Shown here: in pieces, positions 17,334 to 20,000 of the stretch | Layout: every line of letters starts with the position of its first letter | How positions within the stretch are numbered: position 1 is the stretch's first letter | IMG/VR virus record: IMGVR_UViG_2517287023_000001 | From: an uncultured virus (IMG/VR IMGVR_UViG_2517287023_000001) | Lineage: Duplodnaviria; Heunggongvirae; Uroviricota; Caudoviricetes | Strand: one strand, 5' to 3' | Length of the DNA stretch: 20,000 nt | Notes under the pieces: model-generated | Told to the model about the DNA's origin: nothing | Seen by the model: the letters and a program-made list of their open reading frames with translations, nothing else | Databases searched by the model: none | Made by a program: the position numbers and the translations under genes

Positions 17334-17701
17334 GTGGCCTTGGGCACCTGAAACGCGGTGATCTCACCAGTCATGGCCGCCTGAATGTCGACGTGCAGCT
17401 CACCGCCGGAGCTGATGAACCGACCGGACTCGAAGGGGCCGATCAGCACCGTCGCGCCGTCGGCGACGGTCACCACGAGGTCGCCCTGACCGGCGGCCAT
17501 CGCCGGCGGATAGTCACCGGCCTTGACAGTGACGTCCTTCGCCTCGCCCGCGCTGTTGCTGACTCGCAGGACGGTGCGCTCCGGGACGGCGTCGACAATG
17601 AGGTGACCGTTGTTGGCACCAGGGTTGACCGGCGTACCGGCCGGCTCGGCTATCGAACTGTTGGCGTGCAGGTTGCTGTATGCCAGGGCAGTGCGCGGCA
17701 T
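17330..17701 (-). CDS. Putative capsid accessory/decoration protein (123 aa)
   Basis: RBS GAGGGAG before ATG 17701 (MPRTALAY...), beta-rich, immediately downstream of the capsid gene. Confidence 0.65.
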   Translation of the reverse strand: MPRTALAYSNLHANSSIAEPAGTPVNPGANNGHLIVDAVPERTVLRVSNSAGEAKDVTVKAGDYPPAMAAGQGDLVVTVADGATVLIGPFESGRFISSGGELHVDIQAAMTGEITAFQVPKAT

Positions 17702-17804
17702 GTCTCTCCCTCGTGAACGCGTGACCCCACGTGCGGGGGCCGGAAAAGGGGGGCGGCGGGCCCGGCGCACGAACGCGCGCGGCCGGGCCCGGCCGTCAGA
17801 TGGG

Positions 17805-18638
17805 TCAGGACTGCGACGCCACCAGCGTGGCGATGCCATCGGGACGCATCAACTTCGCCCCGTACACGAGCAGACCACGCACCCGGTCACCGAACCGCAG
17901 CTCCGAGCGCATCGCCTCGGTCTGCGTGACCTGCTCGGCCATCGTGATCGCGCCACGGGTCCCCGCCATACAGCCGTAGTCGTCGCCGCTGATCAACGGC
18001 GCGTTGTTCGACGCGTGGATGGTCATGCCCAGCGCCCGGCCGACTAGCCCGTTGAGTAGCGGCTCGGACGTGCCGGAGGCAGACATGTCTACGAACTTGT
18101 TGTTGTCCAGCAGCAGCGAGTGATACCACGACGGGACCACAGCCCAGCGGCCCTGTTTGGGCACGTTGGCCTCGTCCAACTTGAGCGCCAGCAGCCGCAG
18201 CCCGGTGTACGCCTGGTCGCCGTCAGTGACCGTCATGGTGCCGATCGCGTTGCTCGCGGCAACACCGGTGTACAGACCGGCGACGTACTGATCCACCACG
18301 TCAGTGAGCCCGTAGGCGGCCTCGGACATGGCCTCCGGGACGACGTTACCCCGCGCCTGCGCCTGGTCAACATCGTCAACCGTGAACGCCCAGTACTTCT
18401 CTTGATCGATTGACAGGGTCCGCTGCGCGTCGGTCAGCTCGTCGTAGCTGATGTCCGCGTTGCGCGTGTAGGTGCTGATCGTTGGGCGGCTGATCGAGGT
18501 CACCCGCACCGTGTCACCGGCGGCGCGGATCTCACCCTCATAGTCGCGGTTGCACAGGTTGGCGTAGACCAGGACCTTCTTGTAGCTCTCCATGAGCAGC
18601 GCCGACCAGATTTCCGGCCGGAACCTATTAATTGCCAT
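17805..18638 (-). CDS. Major capsid protein (HK97 fold, P22-coat-like family)
   Basis: FRPEIWSALL, NRDYEGEI..AGDTVRV, LSIDQEKYWAFTVDDVD, LDEANVP..GRW and FGDRVRGLLVYGAK. Confidence 0.93.
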   Translation of the reverse strand: MAINRFRPEIWSALLMESYKKVLVYANLCNRDYEGEIRAAGDTVRVTSISRPTISTYTRNADISYDELTDAQRTLSIDQEKYWAFTVDDVDQAQARGNVVPEAMSEAAYGLTDVVDQYVAGLYTGVAASNAIGTMTVTDGDQAYTGLRLLALKLDEANVPKQGRWAVVPSWYHSLLLDNNKFVDMSASGTSEPLLNGLVGRALGMTIHASNNAPLISGDDYGCMAGTRGAITMAEQVTQTEAMRSELRFGDRVRGLLVYGAKLMRPDGIATLVASQS

Positions 18639-18714
18639 CGTTCCCCCGTGTGGCTTACGGAATGTGGATTTGGATAGGTGCCCGCAACCCCCGGGGCAAC
18701 CGGGTGTGCCGGGC

Positions 18715-18733
18715 CTACAGCAGGTGGGCTAGC
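18715..18733. repeat. 19-bp direct repeat, copy A (CTACAGCAGGTGGGCTAGC)
   Basis: Identical to 19113-19131. Confidence 0.95.
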
Positions 18734-19112
18734 GGTGGTGAAGCCGCGCCACCACGTCAGCGAACGCCCGATAGTCCAGAGTGGGCGCGCTGGTGCCCTC
18801 GCCCCCCCCCGGCGGTGCTATGGCACTCCTACGGGGAGTCGCTGATACGGATCAGCTCGTATCTGTGGGCGAGGAGTTGATCGAGACGGCCGCGCGGAAG
18901 GCGTGCTGCCCTGCCCTTGAGGCACTGACCAATAGTGAAGGGCCCAACCTGGTGGTCGAGCCCTTCGTTGCATCGCGTCGCTTACGGAGCTGCCACTCAC
19001 GTAAGCGACGGCGCCGGGCGCAACGCCGACGCATACTGGAATCACCCGAAGATAGGATACTTTACAGCGTCCGGCTTCCGGCCACAAAAGGGGACGGTCT
19101 TGACGGGCCCCT
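18734..19112 (-). ncRNA. Candidate structured ncRNA insert with its own putative promoter
   Basis: Dense nested stems whose imperfect pairs are G-U on the minus strand, TTGTGG-17bp-TAAAGT at 19087-19059, no credible ORF, flanked by 19-bp direct repeats. Confidence 0.6.
19059..19087 (-). promoter_or_regulatory. Putative sigma70-type promoter inside the insert
   Basis: -35 TTGTGG (19087-19082), 17-bp spacer, -10 TAAAGT (19064-19059). Confidence 0.45.
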
Positions 19113-19131
19113 CTACAGCAGGTGGGCTAGC
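19113..19131. repeat. 19-bp direct repeat, copy B (last codons and stop of the restored scaffold gene)
   Basis: Minus strand G CTA GCC CAC CTG CTG TAG encodes LAHLL-stop. Confidence 0.95.
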
Positions 19132-19156
19132 CGCCCTTCGGCGTGCCATCTGGCGA

Positions 19157-19196
19157 TCAACGGACTGTCTCCGCGTTCAACGGACTGTCTCCGCGT
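19157..19196. repeat. Perfect 20-bp tandem duplication TCAACGGACTGTCTCCGCGT x2
   Basis: 19157-19176 is identical to 19177-19196. Confidence 0.97.
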
Positions 19197-19990
19197 TCGT
19201 GCGCCTGCTGAAGCTGGGCGGCCGTGATCGGACCGCCCTCGGTCGCAGCGGTGATCGCAGCGCCGGACACCCCGGCGGCCGGCGAACCCGCACCGGCGTC
19301 ACCAGCAGCGCCCGCGGCCGGCGTCGCCGGTGCGGCGGGCAGTGCCCTCAGCCGGGGATTGGCCTCGACCGCAGCGGCAAGCGCGGCCTGGACCTGTTCG
19401 GCGAAGTCGGCCGCCGACGGGTCAAGCCGGCCCACCGCGTCACCGAAAGCCCTCGAGTCCAGTACGGCGTCTGGGTCGGCCCCGAGTTCACCGGACATCC
19501 GCCACACCGCCAGCTCCACGCGGGCCTGCTTCGTCTCGCTCTGCGAGGCGGTGAGCTGCTGCGTGAGCATCGCCGGGTCCGGCGGCTCTTCCTCGCCAAG
19601 CCCGATCAGCTTCGCCAGGCCCTTGGTGAATTCGTCATACGTGGCCTTCTGCTCCGCCAGCTCCTGTTGCAGCCGCGTCTCGCGGCCCCGCAGGTTGGCG
19701 ATCGTTTTGCTAGCCCGCGCTGGGTCGAACTCGCCCTGGATCGTGGGCGCTTTGCCGGCCGGTTCCGACGCGGCCGGCTCTGCCGGGGCGGCGGCGGTAC
19801 TCGCCGGTGAGGTGACAGACGGCGTGGCCGGGGCGGCATCAGTCGCGTCTTGAGCGGGCGCGTTGGTGCTCTCGGCCGAAACGGCAGTAGCCGGGCCGGT
19901 CGTCGGCGCGTCGGTCTCACCGCCGGTGGCGGCGGGTCCAGGCGCGGTGGTGGCCGTAGCCGGCGCTGCCGGTTCAGTCGGCACAGACAT
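19157..19990 (-). CDS. Capsid scaffolding protein, C-terminus frameshifted by a tandem duplication
   Basis: Upstream of the capsid gene. Ala/Pro/Thr-rich N-terminus, GEFDPARA..TIANLR coiled coil, GADPDAVLDSRAF and AVEANPRL. Removing one 20-bp copy extends the frame to the stop at 19113. Confidence 0.85.
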   Translation of the reverse strand: MSVPTEPAAPATATTAPGPAATGGETDAPTTGPATAVSAESTNAPAQDATDAAPATPSVTSPASTAAAPAEPAASEPAGKAPTIQGEFDPARASKTIANLRGRETRLQQELAEQKATYDEFTKGLAKLIGLGEEEPPDPAMLTQQLTASQSETKQARVELAVWRMSGELGADPDAVLDSRAFGDAVGRLDPSAADFAEQVQAALAAAVEANPRLRALPAAPATPAAGAAGDAGAGSPAAGVSGAAITAATEGGPITAAQLQQAHERGDSPLNAETVR

Positions 19991-20000
19991 TTCCGTGGCC

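Larger units (their letters stand above)
1..20000. mobile_element. Actinobacterial siphovirus-type phage/prophage segment
   Basis: Canonical scaffold-capsid-neck-tail-lysin order across the window, high GC. No att site or integrase is visible here. Confidence 0.92.

Noticed and set aside
4771..17351. Long plus-strand ORFs overlapping structural genes (for example 4771..5598, 8445..9266, 16203..17351)
   Set aside because: These are antisense shadow ORFs expected in high-GC DNA; the minus-strand genes have clear motifs and translational coupling.
18802..18810. C9 homopolymer as a phase-variation tract
   Set aside because: It is non-coding and partly within a predicted stem, with no evidence of length variation.
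18734..19112. Group I/II intron or hammerhead interpretation of the insert (GATAGTCC at 18770 resembles the group I S element)
   Set aside because: The motif is on the strand opposite the operon. I see no P7 core, group II domain V or CUGAUGA/GAAA core. The direct repeat cannot supply both a 5' exon U and a terminal intron G.
18715..19196. CRISPR array suggested by ~20-bp repeats
   Set aside because: Each repeat has only two copies, spaced 379 bp or 0 bp apart, and there are no cas genes.
18781..19227. ORFs 18781..19227 (+), 18818..19087 (-) and 18852..19034 (-) as genes
   Set aside because: No RBS, atypical composition, and the region is better explained by base-paired structure.

Overview
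High-GC actinobacterial (pro)phage segment. From 3562 to 19990 the minus strand carries a siphovirus morphogenesis and lysis operon: scaffold, major capsid, accessory head proteins, head-tail joining proteins, tail tube, tail assembly chaperones with a -1 frameshift, tape measure, Dit, minor tail proteins, a PhoD-like phosphatase in the tail-fibre slot, and an amidase endolysin. It converges on plus-strand accessory genes at 1-3507 (HTH protein, DUF6011-like, DUF2786-like, small ORF), two of which share a repeated promoter cassette. Most notable are: (1) a ~380-bp ORF-less, highly structured candidate RNA element between the scaffold and capsid genes, bracketed by a 19-bp direct repeat of the scaffold gene's 3' end; (2) a 20-bp tandem duplication that frameshifts away the scaffold C-terminus; (3) a signal-less PhoD phosphatase fused to a tail-type domain; (4) an ~850-bp hairpin-dense non-coding region at 1430-2300; (5) an antisense two-gene moron inside the head-tail cluster. 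Family assignments come from recognising motifs and gene order, not from database searches.
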